Source: Deltaproteobacteria bacterium
GTDB lineage: Bacteria; Myxococcota_A; UBA9160; SMWR01
Direction: 5' to 3'
DNA: 64,000 nt
NCBI GenBank assembly: GCA_032128375.1
Contig: JAQBGU010000107.1
Location: 1 to 64,000, forward strand
The notes beneath the pieces were generated by a model that worked only from the letters and a program-made list of their open reading frames with translations, had not been told where the DNA came from and made no database searches. Shown one piece after another: positions 18,921 to 30,136 of the stretch; positions within the stretch are counted from its first letter, which is position 1; every line of letters starts with the position of its first letter. The position numbers and the translations under genes were made by a program.

Positions 18921-19853
18921 TCAAAGGTCTTCTTTGGCAACCGCTCGCAACCGATCGACCAGCTCGTCGCGGGTAAAGATCCCTTTTTCGATCAGTAATT
19001 GCGCGATGGCTCTCAACATCGAATCGTTGGTGTTCCCGATCGCCGGCTTTGCGGGCAACATCTCCGGCGGTGGCTCGGCGAACTCGAGGATTTCTGGAAT
19101 GTCGGGTTCGGGCTCGACCAACAACTCGGGCATGGACAGTTCGGCATCCGATTCCGTTTCGAATTCTGGCTCGAACGCCAGCTCGAAATCAGCCTCCAAC
19201 TCCATCCCTTCAATACCCAGATCCGCATCGGCGAACTCCCCGCAGCCGATCTCCTCTTCGGCCAGTTGCTCTTCCGCCATCGAGAATGAATCGGTGGCTG
19301 CAGCCAGCGGCCTCGGCTCGTGTGATTCGCCCGCGGGCTTTCTGATCGGTAGCGGACCGGAATGCAACGCGGAGTCGAGCGGCGCAATGCTGGAGGATTC
19401 CCAGTGGTAGTGGCGATGGATGCACTCGTTGAGTTCGGTGGGGCCGACGAGAACTGGCTGGACCACCATGCCGACTTCGGCTCTGATCTGCTCGAGAGCC
19501 GCAGTATCGGTCGGGTCTTCCATTCCCAGATACAGAACCTTCTGTGAACCTTCGCCATTGATCAGCAGCGGCAGGCAGCCGTATTTCTCCGCGACGGCAA
19601 CAGGCACCAGCTCCAAGATTTCTGCATTGATGCGCTTGCTGCGCAGCGAGACGACGGGCAGTTTGAGATGGCTAGCCAGTGCGCGAATCAGCGTGGATTC
19701 ATCGAGATAACCCAATCGCACCAGCGTCATTCCGAGCGGACTGTCCTGACTCTTCTGTTCCGCGAGTCCGTGCTTCAGCTCGGACTCGTTCACCACGCCT
19801 GCTGCCAGGAGCAAATCCCCCAATCGGGGCTGTTCGGGTCCGTTGTCCGTCAC
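18921..19853 (-). CDS. Stand-alone MshEN / GspE-N domain protein (predicted c-di-GMP receptor, no ATPase)
   Basis: RLGDLLLAAGVV....L..GL..Q...PLGMTLVRLGYL motif; MEDPTD; acidic linker; C-terminal LLIEKGIFTRDEL. Confidence 0.85.
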   Translation of the reverse strand: MTDNGPEQPRLGDLLLAAGVVNESELKHGLAEQKSQDSPLGMTLVRLGYLDESTLIRALASHLKLPVVSLRSKRINAEILELVPVAVAEKYGCLPLLINGEGSQKVLYLGMEDPTDTAALEQIRAEVGMVVQPVLVGPTELNECIHRHYHWESSSIAPLDSALHSGPLPIRKPAGESHEPRPLAAATDSFSMAEEQLAEEEIGCGEFADADLGIEGMELEADFELAFEPEFETESDAELSMPELLVEPEPDIPEILEFAEPPPEMLPAKPAIGNTNDSMLRAIAQLLIEKGIFTRDELVDRLRAVAKEDL

Positions 19854-19961
19854 GGTCAGTCAATCGGCCCAACGGGGCCGCGACCTTACCTCCAACGCTT
19901 GCCGCCCGAAAAGCGTCCGCAGAGCCTTTGCGCGCGCGGATACCGCAGGGGAAATTCGTTT

Positions 19962-21026
19962 TCAACTCAACGTGAAGGTCTCTCCGAGCTGCTGCCGAAG
20001 CTCGCTGCCCAGGCCCCGAAGAATCACGTCAGATTCGGCCTCATCGGTGTTGCACATCACGGCGATCGAAACCCGTCTCTCGGCCATCTTCGTGAAGTGC
20101 GCCACGCGCACGTCGTAGCCGGGCCCGCGACCTCCGTGACCGAACTCGGGACCCAAGGCCCCGTCGGGGTCCGCCATCAGGCCCAGCCCGTAGCACGGCG
20201 TCACCGCGGGGGGAAAATCGTCGGGAACGCGACACAGCGTTGTCATCTGGCCGAGCGAATCTCGTAACACCAGTTTTCCGCCGAATAGCGCGTGAAACAT
20301 CTCGCATAGCTCAGCTGCGGTCGATGCGACCACGCCCGTTGCGCACCAGCGCGGATCCAGTACGTCGCGCACATCGTTGGGAGGCCCGGGCGGACAGAAT
20401 CTGCGACTGAACCCCGGCGCCAGCGACGCAAACGAATCATCGACTGCGAACGTGCTCGAGAAGCCGAGTGGGCCCGCGATGTGCTGGCCCACCGCGTCGG
20501 CAAAGCTCGAGTCGTTCGCTCGCTCGACAACCCGCTTGAGGAGCATGTAGCCGGTGTTCGAATAAGACCAGCCCGCGCCGGGATCGAAATCGAGGCCGCG
20601 CCGGCAACTGGCGTCGACGAACTGATCGAACGACCACGCCTTCCCTGGCGACTCGGCCAGCGCGATCACCTGTTCCTGGATCAAGCTGTAGTTTGGAACC
20701 CCGGCGCTGTGGTCGAGCAGGCGCCGCAACGACACGATGTCGCCGAAAGGCAGATCTGGCACCCATTTCGAGATCGCGTCGTCGAGCGCGAGTGCACCCG
20801 TTTCCGCCAGCCGAACCACGCAGATCGCGGTCACCGTCTTCGTGACGCTATAAGCCGGCATGCACGCATCAGCCGGCATCGCGATGCTCTTCGCCAAGTC
20901 GCACGATCCAGCCGCACCGGCCCAGGCTCCCAGTCCATCGCAGCGGACGGCTGCCGTCGCGCCCAGCGCCCCAGCATCGACAACCAGGCGCTCGAATGTC
21001 CGTTGCAGCGCGATTTCGGTTCGCAC
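19962..21026 (-). CDS. Serine hydrolase, beta-lactamase / D-Ala-D-Ala carboxypeptidase family
   Basis: SVTK (SxxK), LLDHSAG, YSN, HGG. Confidence 0.9.
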   Translation of the reverse strand: MRTEIALQRTFERLVVDAGALGATAAVRCDGLGAWAGAAGSCDLAKSIAMPADACMPAYSVTKTVTAICVVRLAETGALALDDAISKWVPDLPFGDIVSLRRLLDHSAGVPNYSLIQEQVIALAESPGKAWSFDQFVDASCRRGLDFDPGAGWSYSNTGYMLLKRVVERANDSSFADAVGQHIAGPLGFSSTFAVDDSFASLAPGFSRRFCPPGPPNDVRDVLDPRWCATGVVASTAAELCEMFHALFGGKLVLRDSLGQMTTLCRVPDDFPPAVTPCYGLGLMADPDGALGPEFGHGGRGPGYDVRVAHFTKMAERRVSIAVMCNTDEAESDVILRGLGSELRQQLGETFTLS

Positions 21027-21031
21027 GTCGA

Positions 21032-21931
21032 TCAGCGGCCCAGCCCTCCCGCGCGCGATCGACTGCCAGTGCGGATCGCGACAGACCCGCTGCGGACCGC
21101 CAGCTTCCCCCGGGCATTGAGAACGTCAAATCGAATCGAGTCTGCATCGGTGCAGAGAATCTGTAGCGTCAGTGTCGATGGCATCGCGACCATCGCGCCG
21201 AGCCGTCCCGAGATCGCAAGAACGCGTGTTGCATCGCCATCGAGTTCGCAATCGACGATCGTCGAGACCGCCAGTGCGAGCGTGGCCGTGCCGTGCAGAA
21301 TGATTCCAGGCAGCCCTGCCGTGGCCGCTACCGCCGCATCGGTGTGGATCGGGTTCCAGATACGCGCGCACTCCGAATAGACGTGGGCCGCCTGCGCAGG
21401 GACCAGAACCTCTACGCTGCGTCGCACTTCGGGATCGATGATCCGTTTGGGCTCTGCCGGACGGTCCCCGATCGTCGTGTCTTCCCCCAAGACCTCGCTA
21501 CCGCGATACAGAGACCCGTACCAGGTGGTGCAGACGGCCATCCCCGCAGCATCGACCGTCTCGAGTTCGACGACTTGATAGGCACCCGCGCGATGGCGGC
21601 TGACCTCCACGACGCGCGCTCGTGTACGCAGCGTCTGGCCGGCACGTATCGGCTGATGAACGATGAGGTCATGTGTGAAGTGGACTCCGCGCACCCGTTC
21701 ATCCGCCTTGAGGTCCTGGTTTTCGACCCAACCGGCGACGCTCAGGAAAACCGGCCACTCGAAGCAGACGGGAAACAACGGATGAGCGAGCACGTCCGGG
21801 CGCACGGCGGTGTCTGTGTACTGCGCGGACGCATTCCCGATTCCAGCCGCGTAGGCCATGGTCCAGCGAGCGTCGATGGGGGTCGAAAACCAATCGCCGA
21901 TTGCACCGACGCTACGCGAGGAAAGCGGCAC
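21032..21931 (-). CDS. MaoC-type double hot-dog dehydratase
   Basis: AYAAGIG, WNPIHTD..VA..AGLPGIILHG. Confidence 0.85.
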   Translation of the reverse strand: MPLSSRSVGAIGDWFSTPIDARWTMAYAAGIGNASAQYTDTAVRPDVLAHPLFPVCFEWPVFLSVAGWVENQDLKADERVRGVHFTHDLIVHQPIRAGQTLRTRARVVEVSRHRAGAYQVVELETVDAAGMAVCTTWYGSLYRGSEVLGEDTTIGDRPAEPKRIIDPEVRRSVEVLVPAQAAHVYSECARIWNPIHTDAAVAATAGLPGIILHGTATLALAVSTIVDCELDGDATRVLAISGRLGAMVAMPSTLTLQILCTDADSIRFDVLNARGKLAVRSGSVAIRTGSRSRAGGLGR

Positions 21932-21934
21932 CGC

Positions 21935-22633
21935 CTAGCCGGGGAGCGAGCCGGTCAAGGATACGCGTTGTGAAATCTCGATCCAGTTGCCGTCCGGATC
22001 GCGGATGAACGCGATCCGAGCGATCTTTCCGAGTGTCATCGGAGAAAATCCCGGCATGGCGCCCCGGTCGACTGCACTGGCATATTCGGCATCGACGTCC
22101 CAGACCTGGACCGTGAGGTATCGAAATCCGGGAGCGCGCATGACCTCGTTGCAGGTGACCGGTGCGTCGGCGGTCACCGCCGGATCCTCCGCGAACAAAA
22201 GCATCGTGTTTCCCCAGCGGTACGACTGCTCGGCGACCGGATCCAGTCCAAGGACCCGAGCGTAGAACGCGTGATGTGCCTTGGCGCTGTGAACCGCGAG
22301 CCGGATGCCGATGCCGTCTATCCCGGCGTAGCCCGGTGGGACCAACCGCACCCGGTTGCCGTCCGGGTCGAGCAGCGCTCGCTCGGCCACGAGCCCCTCC
22401 CGCGCGATCAACAGCTCGCGGTAGCCGCTCGGTGCGAGATCAGCCAGCGGTTCACGGGAGTGGTTGAGCTTGAACACCGAGCCATTGAGGGCATGACGAT
22501 ACTGCCGAACACCGCGTCCGGCGGGCAGCATTTCCTCATACGGCAGCGCTACGTCGGAGCACCAAAATTCGAGCATCGCGTCGCGATCGACCGTATACAG
22601 GCCAAAATCCAGAACATCCTTGGCCAATTTCAC
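21935..22633 (-). CDS. VOC/glyoxalase family protein (two domains)
   Basis: DPDGNRV and [12 protein letters not shown] motifs. Confidence 0.85.
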   Translation of the reverse strand: MKLAKDVLDFGLYTVDRDAMLEFWCSDVALPYEEMLPAGRGVRQYRHALNGSVFKLNHSREPLADLAPSGYRELLIAREGLVAERALLDPDGNRVRLVPPGYAGIDGIGIRLAVHSAKAHHAFYARVLGLDPVAEQSYRWGNTMLLFAEDPAVTADAPVTCNEVMRAPGFRYLTVQVWDVDAEYASAVDRGAMPGFSPMTLGKIARIAFIRDPDGNWIEISQRVSLTGSLPG

Positions 22634-22902
22634 GAGGAGCCTCCGGAATGAACAGACAGTCCTGGTTGGTGACGCGCGCGAATCTCGAGAACCTCGTCGA
22701 CGGCGGGTTCGCCTCTGTGGTTTTCGCCAGCATAACGGAGGATCCCAGACCCCAGCCAGGATCCGCCCTGAATCCAGCCAGCGCGGTGTTCGGCCAGAAG
22801 AACAGGTCGCGTGATTCGACTCCTGTTCCGGTGCGCCATCTGCTACTCAGTGCCCCGGGGGAAGATCCACTGACAGCCCATCCGGCAGTCCACGAATGAC
22901 GC

Positions 22903-23907
22903 ATGACCACTGAGCCGCCGCGCGCCGAAGCGCTGCTCGAAGTCATCGACCTCGTCACGTCCTTTCGGACCGAGGCGGGGACGATTCGCGCAGTCGACCA
23001 GGTGAGCTTCTCAGTCGAGACCGGTCGCACCGTGGCATTGGTGGGCGAGTCGGGCTGCGGCAAGAGTGTCACGGCGCTGTCGCTCATGCGTCTGATCCCC
23101 ACCACCAACGGTCGCATCGACAGTGGCGCTGTCCGCTTCAACGGCACGGATCTCTTGGGCTTGTCCGAGCGCGAAATGCGTGACATCCGCGGCAACGAGA
23201 TCTCGATGATCTTCCAGGAATCGATGACGGCACTGAACCCGGTTTTCACCGTGGGGCAGCAGATCATGGAGATCTTCAAAACCCATCGCGGTTACGGTCG
23301 CTCGCGAGCGCGAGCGGCCGCCATCGCGATGCTCACCGAAGTCAAGATTCCGAACCCCGGGCAACGTGTCGACGAATATCCGTTCCAGTTATCCGGCGGA
23401 ATGCTCCAGCGTGTGATGATCGCAATGGCTCTCGCATGTGAGCCGAGCCTGCTGATCGCCGATGAACCCACCACAGCGCTAGACGTGACGATTCAGGCGC
23501 AGATTCTCACTTTGATGCAGAACCTGCAGCAGGAACACCACACCGCGATCATTCTGATCACGCACGACCTCGGTGTAGTCGCGGAGTTCGCAGACAGTGT
23601 CGTCATCATGTACGCCGGTAGGGTCGCGGAGCGCGGGGACGTATTCACGATCTTCGAGGATCCAAAGCATCCCTATACCCAAGGGCTGATGCGGGCGATC
23701 CCAGGACTCGAGGACAACCGGACTGGCGGGCTGTCCACCATCGAAGGCAACGTGCCCTCGCTCCAGAACCTGCCCCAGGGCTGCCGCTTCCATCCGCGCT
23801 GCCCTCATGCCCAGGAGCTGTGTCGCAGCGAAGTTCCGCAGCTCGAGCAGGTCTCCGACACACACGATGTCGCGTGTCATCTCGTCGCTGGGAGGCTCGC
23901 TTCGTGA
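22903..23907 (+). CDS. oppD: Oligopeptide ABC transporter ATP-binding subunit
   Basis: [37 protein letters not shown]. Confidence 0.93.
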   Translation: MTTEPPRAEALLEVIDLVTSFRTEAGTIRAVDQVSFSVETGRTVALVGESGCGKSVTALSLMRLIPTTNGRIDSGAVRFNGTDLLGLSEREMRDIRGNEISMIFQESMTALNPVFTVGQQIMEIFKTHRGYGRSRARAAAIAMLTEVKIPNPGQRVDEYPFQLSGGMLQRVMIAMALACEPSLLIADEPTTALDVTIQAQILTLMQNLQQEHHTAIILITHDLGVVAEFADSVVIMYAGRVAERGDVFTIFEDPKHPYTQGLMRAIPGLEDNRTGGLSTIEGNVPSLQNLPQGCRFHPRCPHAQELCRSEVPQLEQVSDTHDVACHLVAGRLAS

Positions 23908-24887
23908 CCGCGTTACTCGAGGCCCGCGACGTCAAGATGCACTTCCCCGTCACGGGAGGACTCCTCAAGCGCCGCGTCGGCACCGTATTCGCCGTCGACG
24001 GCGTGAGCTTCACGCTCGAGCGGGGGAAGACCTTGGGCATCGTCGGCGAGTCGGGCTGCGGCAAATCGACACTCGGTCGGACCTTGGTTCGCCTCTACCG
24101 ACCGACCGATGGCTCGATCCTTTTTGGTGGTCGAGACATCTCGAATCTGCCCAACAGCGATCTGGTCTCGCTGCGTCGTCGGATGCAAATGATTTTTCAA
24201 GACCCTTATTCGTCTCTGAATCCGCGCAAATCGATTCGTTCAACACTGGAAGAACCCATGCGGATCCACGCTATCGGCGACGCCCGGGAGCATTTCGAGC
24301 GGGTCGCATTGCTGATGGAAAAGGTCGGTCTTCGCCATGACGATCTGCACAAGTATCCGCATGAATTCAGCGGCGGCCAGCGCCAACGAATCGGCATCGC
24401 GCGAGCACTGGTTCTGGGGCCGGAGCTGATCGTCGCTGACGAACCTGTTTCGGCTCTCGACGTCTCCATCCAGAGCCAGGTCTTGAATCTGCTCGTAGAC
24501 CTCCAACGTGAGTTCTCGCTCACATACGTTTTCATTTCCCACGATCTGACCGTGGTCAAATACGTTTCAGACCGCGTCGCCGTGATGTACCTCGGTCGCA
24601 TCGTGGAGATTGCAGATGCCCAGAGCATCTACCAGCATCCCGCGCATCCCTACACGCAGGCCCTGCTCGCATCTCTCCCGATCGCCGATCCACGCCAGCG
24701 TCGGGTGCGCCAAACGCTCGACGGTGACGTGCCAAACCCGAGCCAGCCACCTCCTGGCTGCGCTTTTCACACCCGCTGCCCCCACGTGCGCGACATCTGC
24801 AGGCAGCAGGCCCCGACGCTGGAAAGGCTAACGGACGGATCGGACCACTACGCCGCATGCCACTTCACAGAAGAGCTTCGAACATAG
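23904..24887 (+). CDS. oppF: Oligopeptide ABC transporter ATP-binding subunit
   Basis: [40 protein letters not shown] overlap. Confidence 0.93.
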   Translation: MTALLEARDVKMHFPVTGGLLKRRVGTVFAVDGVSFTLERGKTLGIVGESGCGKSTLGRTLVRLYRPTDGSILFGGRDISNLPNSDLVSLRRRMQMIFQDPYSSLNPRKSIRSTLEEPMRIHAIGDAREHFERVALLMEKVGLRHDDLHKYPHEFSGGQRQRIGIARALVLGPELIVADEPVSALDVSIQSQVLNLLVDLQREFSLTYVFISHDLTVVKYVSDRVAVMYLGRIVEIADAQSIYQHPAHPYTQALLASLPIADPRQRRVRQTLDGDVPNPSQPPPGCAFHTRCPHVRDICRQQAPTLERLTDGSDHYAACHFTEELRT

Positions 24888-24898
24888 GAGCGAGAACC

Positions 24899-26746
24899 AT
24901 GAAAGCACCCAAAATCACCCGACGCAGTTGTCGACCGTTCGCAAGGCCAGCCGTGTGGGCCGCCGCCATTCTCGCGCTCGCCGCCACCGGCGGCTGTGGT
25001 GATGGGGTGGGCGAGCAGGCGACAAGCACCTCGATCGACAATCCGTCTGCACACGAGACGGTCTTCTATGGGCGTCGAAGCTCCGCGCACAAAAATCTGG
25101 ATCCGATCAAGCAATTCGACCAGGCGTCGTCTGAGATTCTGATGAACGTGTACGACACGTTGCTCTCCTATCACTACCTCAAGCGGCCCTATGAGCTTGT
25201 GCCGCTGTTGCTCGAAGAAATGCCGCAGAAGCAGCCAGATGGTGTCACTTACTCGTTTACACTCAAAAAGGGGGTTCACTTCAACGACGACGCGTGCTTC
25301 GAGGGTGGGAAGGGACGTGAGCTCACGGTCGACGACGTGTTCTACAGCATCAAGCGCTTCGCGGACGCCAACGAGAACGTCAAGAGCTACCCGCTTCTCG
25401 CGGGCTTCGTGTTGGGCCTCGACGAATTTCACGAGCAGACGCGCGAACTCGGCAAAGGTATCGATTACGCGGCCCACGACGTAGCGGGCCTCATCCGCAT
25501 CGACGACTACCGATTCCAGATTCGCTTCACGGGCGACAACCCGTTGGCCCTATATCCGTTCGCGGCGCAGATCATGTCGATCGTTCCAAAGGAAGGGGTC
25601 GACCGCTACGGCGAGGACTTCGCCAACCACCCGGTCGGCACGGGCCCCTTCACGATCAAGGAGTACTCGCGGCGAGGCACCATCGTGCTCGCGAAGAATC
25701 CGAACTACCACGATCGCTACCCGGCGGAGGGCGCGCCGGGCGACCAGGAGATGGGTCTCCTGGCGGATGCAGGCGAGCCGCTGCCGTTCGCGGACGAGGT
25801 TCGCCTGCCGCTGATCGAAGAGCCGCAGCCCGCCATGCTGCAGTTCCGCAAGGGGCAGATCGACTGGCTCGGCATGGACAAGGACAGCTTCACCAAAATG
25901 GCTTCTCGAGATGACGAGGGCGCGTTTCACTTGAAACCGCCCTTCGACGAACAGTTCAACATGTACGTGGAACCCGGCTTGAGCGCGGAATTCATTGTAT
26001 TCAACATGGACGATCCTCTCGTCGGGGCGAACAAGCTGCTGCGCCATGCGATCGCGCTGGCTCTGGATGTCGACGAATTCATCAAGACGCTACTCAATGA
26101 TCGCGGCATGCCCCTTTCCACGATCGTCCCGCACCCGATCGCCGGCAGCGAGACAGACATCGGATTCAACAGACGCGGTGTCGACGTCGAAGCGGCCAAG
26201 CGCAAGCTCGCCGAAGCCGGCTATCCGGGGGGCGAGGGGCTGCCTGAGCTCACGATCGACTACCGCGCCTCGACGAAAGACGCGCGGCAGGGCTTCGAGT
26301 TTGTTCGCAACGAACTCGCACGCATCGGCGTTCGAGTCAAACCCAACTTCCAGACATTCTCAGCCTTCTTGAAGCGGATCGAATCGGGGAACTTTCAGAT
26401 CATCGTCGCAGGCTGGGCGGCGGATTTTCCCGACGCCGAAAACTTCTTTCAACTCCTGTACAGCGAAAACAGAGTACCGCTGCCGAACCACGGCAATTTC
26501 GACAATGCCGAGTACGACGAGCACTACCTGGCGTCACGGTTCATGCCGAACGGCCCCGATCGCTACGAACACTTCCGGCGCATGTCAGAGATCATCCAGG
26601 AAGAAGTACCGCTCATTCTTCGGTTCAACGGCCTTCACTTCGGGATCTACCAACGCTGGATCGGAAACATGAAGCGAAACATCATGCTCGACCGGCCGTA
26701 CAAATATTTTCGCGTCAATGACGGGCGGAGAGACCCGAGCAGCTGA
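24899..26746 (+). CDS. oppA: Family 5 ABC substrate-binding lipoprotein
   Basis: Lipobox-like ATGGC, LDP, YDTLLSY, GTGPF, W.ADFPD.ENF. Confidence 0.9.
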   Translation: MKAPKITRRSCRPFARPAVWAAAILALAATGGCGDGVGEQATSTSIDNPSAHETVFYGRRSSAHKNLDPIKQFDQASSEILMNVYDTLLSYHYLKRPYELVPLLLEEMPQKQPDGVTYSFTLKKGVHFNDDACFEGGKGRELTVDDVFYSIKRFADANENVKSYPLLAGFVLGLDEFHEQTRELGKGIDYAAHDVAGLIRIDDYRFQIRFTGDNPLALYPFAAQIMSIVPKEGVDRYGEDFANHPVGTGPFTIKEYSRRGTIVLAKNPNYHDRYPAEGAPGDQEMGLLADAGEPLPFADEVRLPLIEEPQPAMLQFRKGQIDWLGMDKDSFTKMASRDDEGAFHLKPPFDEQFNMYVEPGLSAEFIVFNMDDPLVGANKLLRHAIALALDVDEFIKTLLNDRGMPLSTIVPHPIAGSETDIGFNRRGVDVEAAKRKLAEAGYPGGEGLPELTIDYRASTKDARQGFEFVRNELARIGVRVKPNFQTFSAFLKRIESGNFQIIVAGWAADFPDAENFFQLLYSENRVPLPNHGNFDNAEYDEHYLASRFMPNGPDRYEHFRRMSEIIQEEVPLILRFNGLHFGIYQRWIGNMKRNIMLDRPYKYFRVNDGRRDPSS

Positions 26747-27678
26747 TGCTGCAATACGTGACCCGGCGATTGTTCCACATGATCCCGATCGTGATCGGGG
26801 TGGCCGCGCTCGTCTTCACGTTGTTCACCACCGTGGGAGAGGACCCCGCGCTCGTTGCGCTCGGGCAGCACGCCACGGCAGAGGCCATCGCCGACCTGCG
26901 TGCCGAGTGGGGACTCGACAAGCCGATCCTGATGCAGTTCGTCGACTTTCTCGGCCAGATCGCGACGTTCGACTACGGGCGTTCATTCAACACCAATGAA
27001 AAGCTTTCCGACATCTTCCGTTCGGGTGCTGCCATCTCGCTATCTCTCACCGTGCTTCCCTACTTCTTTGGAGCGTTGACGAACATTGCGATCGCCATGT
27101 TGATCGCATTCTACCGCGGAAGCCTGTTCGACCGCCTTTCTACCGTGCTGTTCGTGGCCGGTATGAGTATCTCGTACCTCGTCTACATCATCGCATTCCA
27201 GTACCTGCTCGCGTTTCAATTCGACTGGTTTCCCATCAACGGCTATGCGACGGGTGCCGGCGGTGTGAAATACCTGCTCCTACCCTGGATCATCATTCTC
27301 GTGGTGGCGGCCGGCCCAGAAATTCGCGTGTACCGAACCGTCTTCCTCGATGAAACCAACGCCGACTATGTCCGCACCGCATTTGCGAAGGGACTGGGCA
27401 GCGGCCGTGTGCTGTTCAAACACATCCTGAAGAACGCGATGATCCCCATTCTCACCAACATGGTGATTGGAATTCCATTCCTCATTTTGGGTGCATTCCT
27501 GCTGGAGCGGTTCTTCAGTATTCCCGGGCTCGGTGACATATTGATCAACGCCATCAACACAGGCGACTTCCCGATCATCAAGGGACTCTCCGTGTTGATC
27601 GCAATCGCGTATTCGTTTTTCAATCTCCTGACCGATGTGCTGTACGCGTTCGTGGATCCGCGGGTGCAACTCTCGTGA
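26746..27678 (+). CDS. oppB: Oligopeptide ABC permease
   Basis: GLDKP, DYVRTAFAKGL...HILKNA, ERFFSIPGLG, DPRV. Confidence 0.93.
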   Translation: MLQYVTRRLFHMIPIVIGVAALVFTLFTTVGEDPALVALGQHATAEAIADLRAEWGLDKPILMQFVDFLGQIATFDYGRSFNTNEKLSDIFRSGAAISLSLTVLPYFFGALTNIAIAMLIAFYRGSLFDRLSTVLFVAGMSISYLVYIIAFQYLLAFQFDWFPINGYATGAGGVKYLLLPWIIILVVAAGPEIRVYRTVFLDETNADYVRTAFAKGLGSGRVLFKHILKNAMIPILTNMVIGIPFLILGAFLLERFFSIPGLGDILINAINTGDFPIIKGLSVLIAIAYSFFNLLTDVLYAFVDPRVQLS

Positions 27679-28559
27679 CTGTGGGAACGGCGCCCATGTC
27701 CGAGATCCCGCGCGGGGAGAGCCTCGGCCAGCGCGCGTTTCGGTTGCTGAAAAAGAAGCGCAGCGCGGTCGTTTGCTTCTCGATCGTGGCGGTCTATGTG
27801 CTGATCGCGGCTCTCGGCTGGCTTGACCTGCTGCCGGATTTTCAGGAACGCGTCGGCGAGTCCTACGACTCCCCGTCGCTCGAATTCGCGAAGATCCTTG
27901 GCATGGATATCTTCGGGCGGTCTGTGCTCTACAAGATATTGATCGGCACGCGAACCGCGATCACCATCGGGTTCTTCGTCACAGCGATCAGCGTACCCGT
28001 TGGGGTCATGCTGGGATGCGTCGCGGGCTACTACGGTGGCCGCGTCGACGCATTCATTGTGTGGATTTACTCGGTACTCACCTCCATTCCATACATCTTG
28101 TTGATCGTCGGAATTTCTTACGTGCTCGGGAAGGGGATCCTGTCGATCTGCATCGCCATGGGAGCTGTCGGTTGGGTCGGACTCTGCCGGCTGATTCGCG
28201 GCGAAGTCGCCAAGCACAAGAACCGGGAGTACGTTCTGGCCGCTCGAATGCTCGGTGCGAGTGACGCGCGCATCATGTTCCGGCACATCCTGCCGAACGT
28301 GTTTCACCTCGCCATCATCAGCGCTTCCCTGCAGGTGCTCAACGCGATCAAGTCCGAGGTGATCCTCACTTTCCTCGGCGTAGGTATCCAAGATGGTGCA
28401 AGCTGGGGCACGATGGTATCCGACGCGACCGGTGAACTCGTCAACGGCATCTGGTGGCCGCTCGCCGGGGTGACACTGGCGATGTTCGCGCTGATGTACG
28501 CCCTGAACGTCGTCGGCGATTCCCTACGCGATGCTCTGGATCCCAAATTGATCGACTAG
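27675..28559 (+). CDS. oppC: Oligopeptide ABC permease
   Basis: LGMDIFGRS, EYVLAARMLGAS...RHILPN, LTFLGVG, GDSLRDALDPK. Confidence 0.93.
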   Translation: MTVGTAPMSEIPRGESLGQRAFRLLKKKRSAVVCFSIVAVYVLIAALGWLDLLPDFQERVGESYDSPSLEFAKILGMDIFGRSVLYKILIGTRTAITIGFFVTAISVPVGVMLGCVAGYYGGRVDAFIVWIYSVLTSIPYILLIVGISYVLGKGILSICIAMGAVGWVGLCRLIRGEVAKHKNREYVLAARMLGASDARIMFRHILPNVFHLAIISASLQVLNAIKSEVILTFLGVGIQDGASWGTMVSDATGELVNGIWWPLAGVTLAMFALMYALNVVGDSLRDALDPKLID

Positions 28560-30136
28560 TGACACACACGAATCGATCGCCCAGTTGTATACTGGCGACA
28601 GTGGTTGCAACCAACGAGATCGTATTGGGCCTTCTGGGAGACCGAGCGGGCGCGCAGCCGCAGGGGCACAGCCGAGCCTGTTCACTGGGCTGGCTGGTGT
28701 TGCTCGCGACGCTGCTCGCATTTTCGTGTGCGGACGATAGAGAACGCGATAAACCCAATGTGATTCGCCGACCCAACATCGTCGTAATCATGACCGACGA
28801 CCAACGCTGGGACGAAGTCGAGTATATGCCGACCGTGACCCAGCGCCTCGCGGGCGAAGGGACGACCTTCACAAACAGCTTCGTCACGACCTCGCTGTGC
28901 TGCCCGAGCCGCGCGAGCTTTCTGTCCGGCCTTTACGCCCACAATCATGGGATCATCACACTAGGCGGCGCGACCCGATTCAACGCATCGTCGACCGTCG
29001 CGGTCTGGCTTCAGAGCGCCGGCTACCGGACTGCGTTGATCGGAAAATACATGAACAACAACGGGCTGCTCGCCCCGCGGATTCCACCGGGGTGGGACAC
29101 CTGGCGCACTTTCGCGGACACCCTGAAATCTTTCCGGCGCGACTTTCTGTACTACGACTACAAGCTCAACGAAGACGGCGAGGTTGTGTTTCACGGATCC
29201 GAACCCGCAGACTACTCGACCGATCTACTCGGTACGATGGCGATCGAGTTCATCCGCGCCAACGCGCCGGGGCCCTTCTTCCTGGTCTACACCCCATTCG
29301 CACCCCACGCACCGCCGCGCCCCGCACAGCGGCACGCAGGAGCTTTCACAGATCGCGAGTTGCCGACTCGCGACAACTATTTCGAATCTGATGTGTCCGA
29401 CAAGCCAGCCCACATCCGCAACCATCCGGGTAGCGACTCATGGACGCAAGAGCGCGCTCGCGAGCTCACCGATCAAGTTCGCGAGAAGCGAATTCCACTG
29501 CTCGAATCCTTACTCGCCGTCGATGAGGTGACAGCCAATATTCTGGACACACTCGCTGAGCTTTCGATCGACGACAACACAGTCGTGTTCTTCACCTCCG
29601 ACAACGGTTTCATGTGGGGCGAACACTGGAAAATCGGCAAGCTGTATGCGTACGAAGAATCGATCCGGGTGCCATTGATCGTCCGTGACCCGCGCTCCGA
29701 TCAACCTCGCACCGAAGCTGCGCTGGTTCTCAACATCGATCTCGCGCCGACAATCGCTGAACTCGCCGGACTCGAGGCTCCCAAGAATGTCGACGGTCGC
29801 AGCTTCGCCCATCTGATAGAGGGCAACCAACGCGAACGCGGCGAACGCGGCTGGCGTGAAGATTTCCTGATTGAACTGCCGATCGATCCCCGCCAGGAGC
29901 GCGACGCATTCGCAGCCGTTCGCTCGTCTCGGTGGAAGTACATCATGAACAATGATCGCTTCGAAGAACTCTACGAACTCGATGCAGACCCATTCGAACT
30001 CGACAACCTGCTCTTCACGGACCCAACGGACTCGATCGTCGTGCAGGCCGTGAAGCACATGCGAATGCGCGTCAACGAGTTGGTCCGCTTTCGGGGGGGC
30101 GCAGCTGAAACAAGTCCGCGGACACCGGGGGATTGA
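28559..30136 (+). CDS. Formylglycine-dependent sulfatase (S1; N-acetylglucosamine-6-sulfatase-like), lipoprotein-like; start uncertain
   Basis: PNIVVIMTDD, CCPSRAS (CxPxR), GKY, PH, SDNG, GK..YEESIRVP, NIDLAPT. Confidence 0.9.
   Translation: MTHTNRSPSCILATVVATNEIVLGLLGDRAGAQPQGHSRACSLGWLVLLATLLAFSCADDRERDKPNVIRRPNIVVIMTDDQRWDEVEYMPTVTQRLAGEGTTFTNSFVTTSLCCPSRASFLSGLYAHNHGIITLGGATRFNASSTVAVWLQSAGYRTALIGKYMNNNGLLAPRIPPGWDTWRTFADTLKSFRRDFLYYDYKLNEDGEVVFHGSEPADYSTDLLGTMAIEFIRANAPGPFFLVYTPFAPHAPPRPAQRHAGAFTDRELPTRDNYFESDVSDKPAHIRNHPGSDSWTQERARELTDQVREKRIPLLESLLAVDEVTANILDTLAELSIDDNTVVFFTSDNGFMWGEHWKIGKLYAYEESIRVPLIVRDPRSDQPRTEAALVLNIDLAPTIAELAGLEAPKNVDGRSFAHLIEGNQRERGERGWREDFLIELPIDPRQERDAFAAVRSSRWKYIMNNDRFEELYELDADPFELDNLLFTDPTDSIVVQAVKHMRMRVNELVRFRGGAAETSPRTPGD

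Noticed and set aside
22630..22900. Small ORFs and a short GGATCC inverted repeat between the VOC gene and oppD
   Set aside because: No motif or RBS support; consistent with a divergent promoter region.
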